From Microscillaceae bacterium (GTDB lineage Bacteria; Bacteroidota; Bacteroidia; Cytophagales; Microscillaceae), in contig JAABSX010000046.1 in assembly GCA_011390205.1 (NCBI GenBank), positions 1-32,853 on the forward strand: a DNA stretch of 32,853 bases, written 5' to 3'. Numbering within the stretch: position 1 is the first letter of the stretch; every line of letters begins with the position of its first letter. The notes below the pieces were generated by a model, which was given only the letters and a program-made list of their open reading frames with translations, ran no database searches and was not told where the DNA came from. This document shows, in pieces, positions 9,354-18,643 of the stretch. A program made the position numbers and the translations under genes.

Positions 9354-9536
9354 TTAGCCATAAAGGTATTCCTTGGTATTATGAAAATAGTTTTCATTTA
9401 CCCATATGACTGCTCGGGTTTCGGTATCAAAGTTAGCGATTTGGTTGAATCCCATTTCTTTGAGTACTTTTTTATTTTTAGCAAAAAAGGCTTTTACTTT
9501 TCCTTCTTCTTCTTCTTTGGTGGCTACGTAAATCAT
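9354..9536 (-). CDS. Hypothetical small protein, 60 aa.
   Basis: ORF-track ORF MIYVATKEEEEGKVKAFFAKNKKVLKEMGFNQIANFDTETRAVIWVNENYFH... It sits between a terminator and cmk on the same strand. No recognisable motif; it could be a real small alpha/beta protein or noise. Confidence 0.35.
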   Translation of the reverse strand: MIYVATKEEEEGKVKAFFAKNKKVLKEMGFNQIANFDTETRAVIWVNENYFHNTKEYLYG

Positions 9537-9683
9537 AATAGAAAAAATTGATGAATTTAGAGAATTATATTATCAAGTACAGTATTTTATACACAGACTG
9601 TATTCTTTAGAGCAAGGTCACAACCAATAAACAAATATAAGTCTTTAATTGTTCGTTTTGGGCTTTGGCTGCTGTGGGCTTGG

Positions 9684-10379
9684 TCAAATACTGCTGTATT
9701 CTTTGATTTTTTGTTCTGCCAGTCTGATGACATACTGCGTCTGTTCTTCTATACTAATATTGCTAGAATCAAGTATGAGGGCATCTTGTGCCTTTAAGAG
9801 AGGGCCTTCTTCTCGGCTTGTATCTATGAGGTCTCTTTTTTTTAGGTTTTCTAGAATGGTCTCAATCTCGATTTCTTCTCCTTGTTTTTTGAGCTCGGCC
9901 TGTCTGCGTTTTGCTCTGATGCTTACATCGGTCTGCATAAATATTTTTAGGTCAGCCTCTGGAAACACTACAGTACCGATGTCTCTTCCATCCATGACGA
10001 TTCCCTTTTTTTTGCCCATTTGCTGCTGCTGTGCTACCATGGCATGTCTGACGGCAGCGATTCTGCTCACCTCACTTACTTTTTGAGAGATATACATTTT
10101 TCGGATTTCATTTTCTACATTTTTGCCATTGAGATAGGCATCACTTTTTTGGCTACTTGGGTTATAGACGAAGGAGATTTGAAGCTGTGCGAGTGCATTT
10201 TGTATCTCTGAGGGCTGCTCGAGGTTTACGTGATGATTGAGGAAAAACAGCGTAACGGCTCGGTACATAGCTCCTGTGTCTATGTAGATATAGTTGAGGT
10301 GCTGTGCTACGGCTTTGGCAGTGGTGCTTTTGCCGCAGCCAGCATAGCCATCAATGGCAATAATAATGGGAGTGTTCAT
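9684..10379 (-). CDS. cmk: Cytidylate (CMP/dCMP) kinase.
   Basis: IIIAIDGYAGCGKSTTAKAVAQHLNYIYIDTGAMYRAVTLF: P-loop plus the characteristic cmk N-terminus. Length 231 aa is typical. The + strand ORFs 9649..10086 and 10020..10211 are antisense artefacts. Confidence 0.9.
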   Translation of the reverse strand: MNTPIIIAIDGYAGCGKSTTAKAVAQHLNYIYIDTGAMYRAVTLFFLNHHVNLEQPSEIQNALAQLQISFVYNPSSQKSDAYLNGKNVENEIRKMYISQKVSEVSRIAAVRHAMVAQQQQMGKKKGIVMDGRDIGTVVFPEADLKIFMQTDVSIRAKRRQAELKKQGEEIEIETILENLKKRDLIDTSREEGPLLKAQDALILDSSNISIEEQTQYVIRLAEQKIKEYSSI

Positions 10380-10427
10380 TTTTTGAGGTTTAATTTACTT
10401 CAAAAATCCGAATTTTTTTTGCATAAA

Positions 10428-10450
10428 AAAAACCTACCAAAGGTAGGTTT
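10428..10450 (-). terminator. Rho-independent terminator for the small-peptide genes upstream of cmk.
   Basis: The + strand reads AAAAAAACCTACCAAAGGTAGGTTT. On the - strand this is a GGTAGG/CCTACC hairpin followed by a T7 run, overlapping the stop of the 50-aa ORF. Confidence 0.55.
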
Positions 10451-10601
10451 AACAATCTTTTAGAGGGCAGGGGATTCTTCCTTTTTTGAGTACTTTGTGT
10501 GGTTTTCGGCGTTTTTGCATTTTAGGGTTACAGCTCTCGAGGCTCAGCCCCAGCATTATCAGGATGAGAAACAATCCGACTACTCTTCGCCAATTTTTCA
10601 T
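10449..10601 (-). CDS. Small secreted/lipoprotein-like basic peptide, 50 aa; not in the ORF track.
   Basis: Hand translation gives MKNWRRVVGLFLILIMLGLSLESCNPKMQKRRKPHKVLKKGRIPCPLKDC*: a signal-peptide-like hydrophobic core, a Cys after the h-region and a Lys/Arg-rich tail. It is followed immediately by a hairpin + T-run terminator. Confidence 0.35.
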   Translation of the reverse strand: MKNWRRVVGLFLILIMLGLSLESCNPKMQKRRKPHKVLKKGRIPCPLKDC

Positions 10602-10627
10602 AGATATTCATTTTGAGTATGGATTGT

Positions 10628-10771
10628 TTAGTTCTTTCGTTTTTTGTTGATGGGCTTCGTAAAGTCTTTTGGTTTATGTTTTCTAGGCACCCAAGTCTGT
10701 TTGATGGGTTCGTAGCCTGAGCATGATGCTAAAAAGCAAGTGAGTATTCCAAGGATTAATAATTTTCTCAT
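10628..10771 (-). CDS. Small lipoprotein-like basic peptide, 47 aa; not in the ORF track.
   Basis: Hand translation gives MRKLLILGILTCFLASCSGYEPIKQTWVPRKHKPKDFTKPINKKRKN*, with a canonical lipobox L-A-S-C after the hydrophobic core and a basic tail. Its architecture parallels the adjacent 50-aa ORF. Confidence 0.4.
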   Translation of the reverse strand: MRKLLILGILTCFLASCSGYEPIKQTWVPRKHKPKDFTKPINKKRKN

Positions 10772-10864
10772 AACACTTTAATATTTTGTTTTACATTCAT
10801 TTAACGCAAAATTGCTGAAAAGTTATCAATCAAACTAAAAAAAGCGGGGCTTTTGTAAGGATAT

Positions 10865-11407
10865 TTAAAGCTTTGCCGTTTTTCTAACCATTCTAAGGAT
10901 TGATTCTTCTTGGGTCATTTCTTTGATTTGTTCTAGGCTAAACCATTGCAAATCTTTGGATTCGGAACTGATACTGAGGGCGGTATCTTCTGCTATCACA
11001 AAACAAAATCTAATATCATAGTGTGCGTGCTGTGGCATATCTCCTCTGGCAGGGAAGATGTGGATGTCTATATCAAATATCTCTGCGGTTATTTTTTTGG
11101 TAATTTTGATGCCTGTTTCTTCTTCTAATTCACGGCAAGCCGTGTGGTAGATGCTTTTATCTGTGGGCTCAGCATGCCCGCCAGGCTGCATCCATTGGTT
11201 TAGCTTTCGGTGATGTACCAAGAGAGCTTTGTCTGTGGCTTCATTGACAATCCAGGCTGAGCCTGTAAGGTGTCCTGGCAGTAGATTTCTATCATAAAAA
11301 TCAGGAAAAGTATGCACCAAATCTTCAGTTTGGGTTTTAAAAATCTGCTCTTTTGGGTCAGTACAGTGGTATTTCTGGAATAAATCAAGGGTATCAAGTT
11401 GATTCAA
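10865..11407 (-). CDS. NUDIX hydrolase.
   Basis: Nudix box GGHAEPTDKSIYHTACRELEEETGIKI (GX5EX7REUXEEXGU). 180 aa. Confidence 0.85.
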   Translation of the reverse strand: MNQLDTLDLFQKYHCTDPKEQIFKTQTEDLVHTFPDFYDRNLLPGHLTGSAWIVNEATDKALLVHHRKLNQWMQPGGHAEPTDKSIYHTACRELEEETGIKITKKITAEIFDIDIHIFPARGDMPQHAHYDIRFCFVIAEDTALSISSESKDLQWFSLEQIKEMTQEESILRMVRKTAKL

Positions 11408-11493
11408 AGCAGTAGTTTGTTTTAGTAAAAAATTGGAGATAAAAAATATTTTATATTTTAAAGTTAACGAAGATATTTTGAATTTTCTTGAAT

Positions 11494-11958
11494 TTAAGCA
11501 ACTGATTTTATCTTGATTATTTGGTTTCTAAATAAAACATCATCACCTGATAGATGCCCTATAAGTGCTTGCCCGAGTGGAGAGGCAGGAGAGATACAAA
11601 AGCACGTAACTGCTTCCCAAGAGATTTTGCCAAGCCCAATACTGAGGTAATAATAGCCTGTATTGGCTTCTATGAGGCTTCCGAGTCTTATTTTAGGGTT
11701 TTTGTATTTTGAGTCTATTCTGTGCATGACTTCTTGCATTTTGATTATTTCGGTGATTTGGGTGTTGATTTTGTCTTTTTCTTGTTGAATCAGTGCCGGA
11801 CCAGTTTCGTATTTATCTCCCATGCTGCTTTTGGTATCTTGTTGGGCGGCTTCTTTGAGCTCTTTGAGGCTGTCTTTAGCTTCTTGGAGTTTTGCTTGCA
11901 GGGTATCTAAGCAGAGGCTGTGTATTTGTGTTTTGAGCTGCTGGAGGTGATTATTCAT
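11494..11958 (-). CDS. GreA/GreB-family transcription elongation factor paralogue.
   Basis: 154 aa. An N-terminal coiled-coil (LQAKLQEAKDSLKELKEAAQQ...) and a C-terminal FKBP-like Gre domain (KIRLGSLIEANTGYYYLSIGLGKISWEAVTCFCISPASPLGQALIGHLSGDDVLF). It starts 17 bp downstream of the histidine-kinase stop. Confidence 0.75.
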   Translation of the reverse strand: MNNHLQQLKTQIHSLCLDTLQAKLQEAKDSLKELKEAAQQDTKSSMGDKYETGPALIQQEKDKINTQITEIIKMQEVMHRIDSKYKNPKIRLGSLIEANTGYYYLSIGLGKISWEAVTCFCISPASPLGQALIGHLSGDDVLFRNQIIKIKSVA

Positions 11959-11975
11959 AGGATTATTTTAAGCGT

Positions 11976-14900
11976 TTAGGCAGTGATGGGAAGTGTGATG
12001 TAAAAAGAGCTGCCTTTTGCGAGGGTACTTTCTACACGGATACTTCCTTTGTTTTTTTCTAAAAATTCTTTGCAGAGTATCAGCCCCAGACCCGTACCTT
12101 TTTCATTGGAAGTGCCTCTGCTGCTTTGCATTTGATTGGAGAATAACAAATCTAATTTATTTTTTTCTATGCCTACCCCCGTATCTTTGATAAGGATTTC
12201 CACCTCATTTTTATCAGGGTGATTTTTCGCACTGATGGTAATTTTACCTCCTTTTTCACAAAACTTGACGGCGTTGTTGATTAAGTTTCGGAACACGAGC
12301 TTAATCATTTCTCTATCTGCATAGACTTTAGTGTCGGCATTGGTTTGGTTTTTTATTTTTATTTCTTTTCGGGTAGCGATGGGGTCAAAGAGTTGGACAT
12401 TGTCTCTGATGAGAGAGTTGATAGAAAGTATCTCAGGCATTGTCTGTAGTCCTTCCATTTGGCTTTTTGCCCAGAAGAGGAGATTATCTGTAAGTGAGAG
12501 TGTACTCTGCACACTGTTGCCAAGTTCGGGGAGGATTTTTTGCAGTTCTTTTTCAGAAAAATCACCTGAGCGAAATATCTGCAATGTAGCCATTAGCTGA
12601 TTTAGAGGGCTTCGTAGGTCATGTGAGATGATAGAAAAAAGTCTATTTTTGATTTGGTTAGCTTCTTGAAGCTTTGTGGCTTGGCTTTTTACCTCTTCTT
12701 GTTGCCGCCTTAGCACATCATTCATTGCCATGATGTCATCTTTTTGTGCCAAGATTTCCTCATTGATTTGTTGTATCTCTCGAGTGCGTTCTTCTACTCT
12801 TTTTTCTAATATAGAGGTCTGTGCTCGGAGATTTTTAGTATAAATATTCACGATAATCACTACCAAGACCGTAATCAGGCTAAGGTAAATTAGGTATGCC
12901 CACCAAGTACGGTAAAAAGGTGCTTTGATTTCGAAAGCGTATTTTACGGTGTCGCTTTCTAAGTCATAGATATCTTTGGCTTTGACATAGAGTATATACT
13001 TACCTTCGTTGAGGTTTGTAAAATTAACACTAGACTGGTAGCTCCATTCAGACCATTGCTGGTCTTGCCCTTCTAAAAAGTATCGATACTGAATTTTAGA
13101 TTCCTCTTTATAGTGATGTGCCGTAAACTGAAAATAAAGCTTATTGAGGTCAAAAGGGATAGGGGCATTGTCGATGATGATACTGTTTTTTGCCAGTAGT
13201 TTGCTCTGTTGCTGGGTGTCTCCTGCTTTTACAGAGGTGATAGACATACGAAAGGGCTTCTTGATATTGTTTTCCTTTTCGGGGTTGTATTCGTAGAGTC
13301 TGTCCCCGATTGCAAACCATACCTTGCCATTCTCTAGCACGAGCATCGGTACATCTACATCTACTATGAAGTTATTGGCAGGGTTTTCTACTCTATGAAA
13401 TGGGCGAGTGTTGAGGGTGTAAGTTCCTGATTTTTGTTTTCTGAGTACTCCCCCTACCTGCCTACCTGGGTTACGCTCGCTTATCCAGACATATACATCA
13501 CCTGAGGGGTGCTCCACAAAATTATATACGCATTTGTTTTTGAGTGCTTCTCTGAAATCTGGGTGGGGTTCAAATCGGTCATTTTTAGCATCATATTGAT
13601 AGAATCCGTCTTCGGTTGTAAAAGTAAGTGAACCATCCTTAAACCTGTATATACGGTTATTGACAGAGCTAGGAAGTCCTTGTGGAGTGCCATATTCTTT
13701 TTTACTTATGACAGAGTCTAGTGCTGCATTGAGTTTTAGCTTACGGATTCCGACAGCATAGTTACCTATCCAGATATTTTCTTGCGCATCTTTTTTAATA
13801 AACCTGATTTCACCATCGATTCCTTTAATTTTTGTACTTTTCCAGGTATCACCGACTTTGCTGAGTTTATTGAGTCCATTATGATAAGTGCCAAAGAGGT
13901 AGGTTTGAGCATTTATTTTTTCTAAGCACATCACGTAGTTTTCTTCTAAGAGAAGGGTACTCTTGTTATTGTCTATCACAAAAAGCCCTGCACTAGTAGT
14001 TGCAAAGCATTGATCATCAAACTCAAAGAAGTTCCAGATTTCGCTGTTGGTATTGATAAGTGTACGAAAATTTTTGTCAGAAGTCTGATATTCTATCCTT
14101 GATGCGCTGCCTACATATTGCTTTGAGTTATGTTGTGCCAATGCCAGAATAGGGTCCCCTTGTAAGGTAGGCTGATAATAGTAATCTATGGGAGAAGAGA
14201 GCATCACTTGTGATACCTCGTGCCCAGTGAGCCAGAGGTTATTCATTTTATCTTCATATATGTGATTATAAGTATTTCCATTAAGCCCTTGTTCTCTTTT
14301 TATTTGATAGATAATGTCGCCTTTGGTATTGAGGATAATGAGCCCTTCTTCTAAGATATTTATAGCGATTAACCCATTGTGAAGCCCCTCAATAATAAAA
14401 ATATCTTTGTTTTTGATAAGTGCGTTGATTTTGCCACTTATTTTTTTAGTGTGGGTTACTGTTGAGTTTTTGAGACTTAGTAAAAGCAATTCATGGTCTT
14501 CTGACAAGGCATAGAGCATATCATTCTTATCAGGAAAATTACCTATATAACTAAGTGTCACTTGAGGGAGGCTGGCAATTAACTTACTCCATGGTTTTAG
14601 TTGCTTGCCTTCCACATAAAATAATCCTTCGGTATTATAGACACAAACCTTGTTTTGAAACACGAATATATCTGAGTAACCAATAGACCACAGAGATTTT
14701 AGGCTAGAAGGAATTACAGCGAACTCTTTGGTTGCCAAATCATAAATGTAGAGCATCTCTGAGTTTGCAAAGACCACTGATTTATCATTGGCTTTGATGG
14801 TATAGACGGCCAAGTTCTTGATAATTTCTTTTGGAAGTTTATCAGTAAGAGACCGAATGACAGTCGATCCATCTGGGCGTGTCTCTAGGTATCCAATTAA

Positions 14901-15185
14901 ATTATCACCCCCTAGATAGATAGTACCATTATTTGAAGTATGCAGTACTCTTGCAAAGGTATTTACCGTACATATAATGGACTCCCATTTGTTGCCATCA
15001 TAGCGCAAAATAGCATCACTGTTGGCCACATAGATGATTTGCTTGGCATCTTGCGCCACTTGCCATGTCTGGAAACCTCCTTTGTAGAGCTTTGAAGTAT
15101 AATGCTGTATAAATGGGGTTTGAGCAACCACACTGCTGTGCCCCCATATAACAAGGAATAAATAGAATTGGAGTTTAAGTTTCAT
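11976..15185 (-). CDS. Sensor histidine kinase with a large periplasmic two-component-regulator beta-propeller / Y_Y_Y domain; no receiver domain.
   Basis: Signal peptide MKLKLQFYLFLVIWGHSSVVAQ. About 750 aa of propeller-like repeats. A TM segment (WWAYLIYLSLITVLVVIIVNIY). HisKA H-box SIISHDLRSPLNQL. HATPase_c N/G boxes (NLINNAVKFCEKGG, DTGVGIE, GTGLGLILCKEFLE). Confidence 0.85.
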   Translation of the reverse strand: MKLKLQFYLFLVIWGHSSVVAQTPFIQHYTSKLYKGGFQTWQVAQDAKQIIYVANSDAILRYDGNKWESIICTVNTFARVLHTSNNGTIYLGGDNLIGYLETRPDGSTVIRSLTDKLPKEIIKNLAVYTIKANDKSVVFANSEMLYIYDLATKEFAVIPSSLKSLWSIGYSDIFVFQNKVCVYNTEGLFYVEGKQLKPWSKLIASLPQVTLSYIGNFPDKNDMLYALSEDHELLLLSLKNSTVTHTKKISGKINALIKNKDIFIIEGLHNGLIAINILEEGLIILNTKGDIIYQIKREQGLNGNTYNHIYEDKMNNLWLTGHEVSQVMLSSPIDYYYQPTLQGDPILALAQHNSKQYVGSASRIEYQTSDKNFRTLINTNSEIWNFFEFDDQCFATTSAGLFVIDNNKSTLLLEENYVMCLEKINAQTYLFGTYHNGLNKLSKVGDTWKSTKIKGIDGEIRFIKKDAQENIWIGNYAVGIRKLKLNAALDSVISKKEYGTPQGLPSSVNNRIYRFKDGSLTFTTEDGFYQYDAKNDRFEPHPDFREALKNKCVYNFVEHPSGDVYVWISERNPGRQVGGVLRKQKSGTYTLNTRPFHRVENPANNFIVDVDVPMLVLENGKVWFAIGDRLYEYNPEKENNIKKPFRMSITSVKAGDTQQQSKLLAKNSIIIDNAPIPFDLNKLYFQFTAHHYKEESKIQYRYFLEGQDQQWSEWSYQSSVNFTNLNEGKYILYVKAKDIYDLESDTVKYAFEIKAPFYRTWWAYLIYLSLITVLVVIIVNIYTKNLRAQTSILEKRVEERTREIQQINEEILAQKDDIMAMNDVLRRQQEEVKSQATKLQEANQIKNRLFSIISHDLRSPLNQLMATLQIFRSGDFSEKELQKILPELGNSVQSTLSLTDNLLFWAKSQMEGLQTMPEILSINSLIRDNVQLFDPIATRKEIKIKNQTNADTKVYADREMIKLVFRNLINNAVKFCEKGGKITISAKNHPDKNEVEILIKDTGVGIEKNKLDLLFSNQMQSSRGTSNEKGTGLGLILCKEFLEKNKGSIRVESTLAKGSSFYITLPITA

Positions 15186-15678
15186 ATTTGTTTTAAATCA
15201 CACAAAATACGGATTGACTCCATTTGTTATTGGTATCAATGAAAATAGGTATTTTTATGGAAGATTAAAATATTTTACCTAAAATTTTGCCATACTTTTA
15301 GAAGAGCAACCTAAGATACCCCTAAACTTACGGTGAAATCTAAGAGTAGTTTTGAATCTACAGATTTATAAAGTAATATTTAATCAAAATTGGAACTTTA
15401 TCCAGATATGAATCCTAATTATTCAAAAAAAGAAACTTTCCCATAAAGAGTTATATCTTTATAACATCTTGTGTATAAACATTATTTTACAGTTGGTCTT
15501 CAAAAAATAATCATTCATCTATTTTTTTTGTAGTTTTCTTGTTTTTATCTTATCAGGAAAAATTTTGACAAGCTTGTTGAACGGGGCTTAGATGTGTTTT
15601 TTGTAGTAAGCCCATAAACATCTTGCATTTGTAAGTTTAGATAGAGATTATCTTCAATGATAGCTATTAAGAGCGGAT

Positions 15679-16665
15679 TTATACCATAGGGCTAGGTTTA
15701 GAAGATAAATCTATGGTAAAATGTTTGTCCTCAAATTCTTCAAAAGACTGAAAGATTTGTTTTTGTTGCCAGTAAAAACCCACTTTTTTTTCTTCAGGGA
15801 AATACTGTGCAGTGTATAAAGTACCAAACCCCTTCTCAAAGCGAGTCTGATAAAGCGGAGGTTTTAGGAAGTTGCTCAGGAATGTATCTTGGCTTTGATA
15901 GGGGTTATCTAAGTGAGTGATGAGCTGATGATGGCGCTCTAGGGTCGCACTCATTTTGGCATAGGCTGGCCAAGTGATGCGGTCTTGGTGATTGGTGATG
16001 GCAAGTTCTTGGGTGATGAGTGGGTCGCTATCAGGAGCCAAGAATATGGTGCAGTGTTTGCCAGAGGCCTCTAGCACAGTAAGGTTGTATGCCATGTGCA
16101 CAGGGATTCGGTTCACCTTTTCATTTACTTCTTCAATACTTTCACAGGTTTCTAATAGATACCGAACGAGCAGAGGCACACCAAAGCCCTTGCCCAACAC
16201 TTGGCTTCCTCCGAAAGTAAGCGAAATAGACAGCCCGCTGTCATTTATCCCATCTAGCACGCCCCAGTTACAATCACTCATAGCTATTACAGGTCTGAGC
16301 CAATTAGAATACAATACGACACCCTCAAAATAATGAGGGCTGTAATCATAGTTACGTATAAGGGAGAGTCCGTTTTTTTTCCAGACAGCTTGTGAGCATC
16401 CTGATAGATAAGGAGGGGGACAGTAGCCACTTAAAAACCGAGCTGCCACATCTCCGCCTCCTGCCAGCCCCACGAGTGCATCATAGACAGGCACTAATTC
16501 AGGCATATACTCTTTGAGTTTGCGGTAGCTTGTGGCATAGCCGACCCTTCTGAGTAGCCCTTCACTCACAAACCATTTACGGTAATAAGGCCAAGATTTA
16601 TCAAATAAGTGTTTCCATTTTTCGCCAGGTTGTGCCTCTTCAAGGCAGTTAATGTATAAAAACAT
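15679..16665 (-). CDS. Peptidase C45 family (acyl-CoA:6-aminopenicillanic-acid acyltransferase-like) Ntn-hydrolase.
   Basis: A Gly89-Cys90 self-processing site (YLSG|CSQAVWKKNGLSLIRNYDY), followed by segments that align by eye with isopenicillin-N acyltransferase (GQNWDF ~ IRNYDY; GIIGKVGFNSAGVAV ~ GVLDGINDSGLSISL). Confidence 0.6.
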   Translation of the reverse strand: MFLYINCLEEAQPGEKWKHLFDKSWPYYRKWFVSEGLLRRVGYATSYRKLKEYMPELVPVYDALVGLAGGGDVAARFLSGYCPPPYLSGCSQAVWKKNGLSLIRNYDYSPHYFEGVVLYSNWLRPVIAMSDCNWGVLDGINDSGLSISLTFGGSQVLGKGFGVPLLVRYLLETCESIEEVNEKVNRIPVHMAYNLTVLEASGKHCTIFLAPDSDPLITQELAITNHQDRITWPAYAKMSATLERHHQLITHLDNPYQSQDTFLSNFLKPPLYQTRFEKGFGTLYTAQYFPEEKKVGFYWQQKQIFQSFEEFEDKHFTIDLSSKPSPMV

Positions 16666-16924
16666 AAGTTGTATTGTTTTTGTAGCAATGCCAAACCATT
16701 ACTACGTTGAATTTATCAGATAAAAGAAAGGTATTGCTTTTTACAAGATAGAGAATGGCAAGATATTCCGTATTTTAAATATAAAGAAAAAATATGGAAA
16801 ATTAAAGGCTTTGATTGAAAATCAGAGCAAATGCGGGGCAATGTCTGGATAAAATACCCCTAAGATTATCAAGGACGCTAAATGCTCGGCAATCCAAGGG
16901 GCATTCTTTTTTTACAAAATCAAT

Positions 16925-18349
16925 TTAGAGCTCGAAGCATTCTCCTTTTTGGGGAGTTTCTACTTGTTGATAGCCCTCTTCGTTCAGTGTATGCTTAAAG
17001 TCTTGCATGGCAGATGCCTCTCCGTGCACTAAAAACAGTTTTTTGAGTTTTTTGGGAGATTGATAATGTACAAAATCGAGCAAATCATCCAAGTCTCCAT
17101 GTCCACTAAAGTTATCGATACTCTCAATACGTGCTTTGATAGGGATATCACGTTTTTCAAATTTGATGGTTTTTTCACCGCTTCTAAGGTCGTGCCCTAT
17201 CGTGCCCTCTGAAGCATACCCTATCAAGAAAATGGTAGCGTAAGGGTTATTAAGGTTTTCTTTGACGTGATGTTCTATCCTTCCTCCCTGAATCATCCCT
17301 GAAGAAGAGATGATAATGCACGGCTCTCTGTAGCTTGTGATGGCCTTGCTCTCTTTGATATTGTCCACAAATACAAGATTCTCAAAATCAAAGAGTTGTT
17401 TATTGGCTTTTCTGAAATCTTGTGCTTCTTGATTGAGCCATGAGTGGTATTTTTCGTGAATCTCCGTGCTTTTGAGTGCTAGGGGGCTATCTGTAAATAT
17501 TTTGATATTGGGCAGTTTTCCTTGTACTCGGAGTTTATTCAGTGTAAAAAGCATGGCTTGTGTGCGGCCCACACTGAATGCTGGCACAATGAGTCTTCCA
17601 GGGATATCTACGCAGGTAGATTTGATAATATCATAAACAGGCCCTTCAGCAGATTCTTTTGAGGTGTGTCGGCGGTTGCCATAGGTGCTTTCACAGACCA
17701 AGTAATCAACCTCAGGCACAGGTGCAGGATCTACCAAAAGTGGGTAATCTTTTCGCCCAATATCTCCTGAGAAGCAAATTGTTTTTTTTCCTCCATTTTC
17801 TTGAATCTCAAAAAGCACATGGGCTGCCCCTAGCAAATGCCCCGCAGGGATAAGCTGTAGGCTGATGCCATCTCCTATTTTTTGTTTTTTATGAAAGGGC
17901 AATGTTACAAAATGGTCTAGAGCTTGGTGCACTTGTGTATGCACATAAAGTTCTTTGTATTCGGCCGTGTTGCGTAGCTTATTGAATAGCTGCTTTTTTT
18001 TGTGGATTCTTTTTATTTTCTTTTGATTGAGCGAGGCAGAGTCATTTAATAAAATCTCTGCAAGTTCGTAAGTAGCCGATGTAGTGAATATTTTCCCTTC
18101 AAATCCCTCTCTGATGAGGTTGGGGATAAATCCAGAGTGGTCTATGTGTGCGTGTGTAAGCACTACGGCGTGTATCATAGAAGGCTCAAAAGCGAATAAA
18201 CCCTTTTGTGTTTCGGGCGTATCTTTTTGGCGGCGGCGATTTTCCATATCCAGACCACAATCAATCAATACCCTAAAATCATCTGCTGTTTCTAACAGAA
18301 ACATACTCCCAGTTACTTGCTGGGATGCTCCCCAAAATGTCAATTTCAT
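16925..18349 (-). CDS. MBL-fold metallo-hydrolase with beta-CASP / RNA-specificity domain (RNase J / CPSF-like ribonuclease).
   Basis: MBL motif VLTHAHIDHSG. A downstream beta-CASP-type region and a C-terminal RMMBL-like end. The start is taken at the internal Met (MKLTFWGASQQVTGSM, ATG at 18349) rather than the ORF-track start at 18415, because the MBL fold normally begins right there. Confidence 0.8.
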   Translation of the reverse strand: MKLTFWGASQQVTGSMFLLETADDFRVLIDCGLDMENRRRQKDTPETQKGLFAFEPSMIHAVVLTHAHIDHSGFIPNLIREGFEGKIFTTSATYELAEILLNDSASLNQKKIKRIHKKKQLFNKLRNTAEYKELYVHTQVHQALDHFVTLPFHKKQKIGDGISLQLIPAGHLLGAAHVLFEIQENGGKKTICFSGDIGRKDYPLLVDPAPVPEVDYLVCESTYGNRRHTSKESAEGPVYDIIKSTCVDIPGRLIVPAFSVGRTQAMLFTLNKLRVQGKLPNIKIFTDSPLALKSTEIHEKYHSWLNQEAQDFRKANKQLFDFENLVFVDNIKESKAITSYREPCIIISSSGMIQGGRIEHHVKENLNNPYATIFLIGYASEGTIGHDLRSGEKTIKFEKRDIPIKARIESIDNFSGHGDLDDLLDFVHYQSPKKLKKLFLVHGEASAMQDFKHTLNEEGYQQVETPQKGECFEL

Positions 18350-18643
18350 GTGATTTTCCTCAATTATCATAAGCCAGAATAATGAATATACTGTGATGCC
18401 ATGTTTATGTATCACAGCCTTTTTTCAAAAATAGGCTTTCTTACTGTATTTTCTTTTAATTTTACAAAGGCAGGCTTTGCATTTTACAAAAATACAAAAT
18501 TGGCAGTGATTTAAGCGAAAAACTTTTTAGCTTTTTCAGATTGGCAAGCCCTTCTCAGGTGGTGAGAGAGAGAGAATCTTATAACTGAAGTTGGGTTTTT
18601 GAAGATAATCTTTAAATATTTGTGCATATTTAGACTTAATTTT

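Noticed and set aside
12331-16333. Internal ORFs on either strand within the histidine-kinase and C45 genes (12331..12600, 12359..12565, 13481..13693, 14963..15154, 15992..16333)
   Set aside because: Shadow ORFs inside long, well-supported genes, either antisense or out of frame.
16666-16924. Imperfect inverted repeat GCAATGCC...GGTATTGC and a G-rich stretch (ATGCGGGGCAATG...AAGGGGCATTC) in the C45/MBL intergenic region
   Set aside because: The stems have mismatches and long loops, and no recognisable riboswitch or sRNA consensus. This is insufficient evidence for an RNA element.
18350-18415. N-terminal 22-aa extension of the MBL/beta-CASP gene in the ORF track (MIHKHGITVYSLFWLMIIEENH)
   Set aside because: The MBL fold conventionally starts at MKLTFWG. 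The extension is hydrophobic junk-like, so the internal Met at 18349 is preferred.
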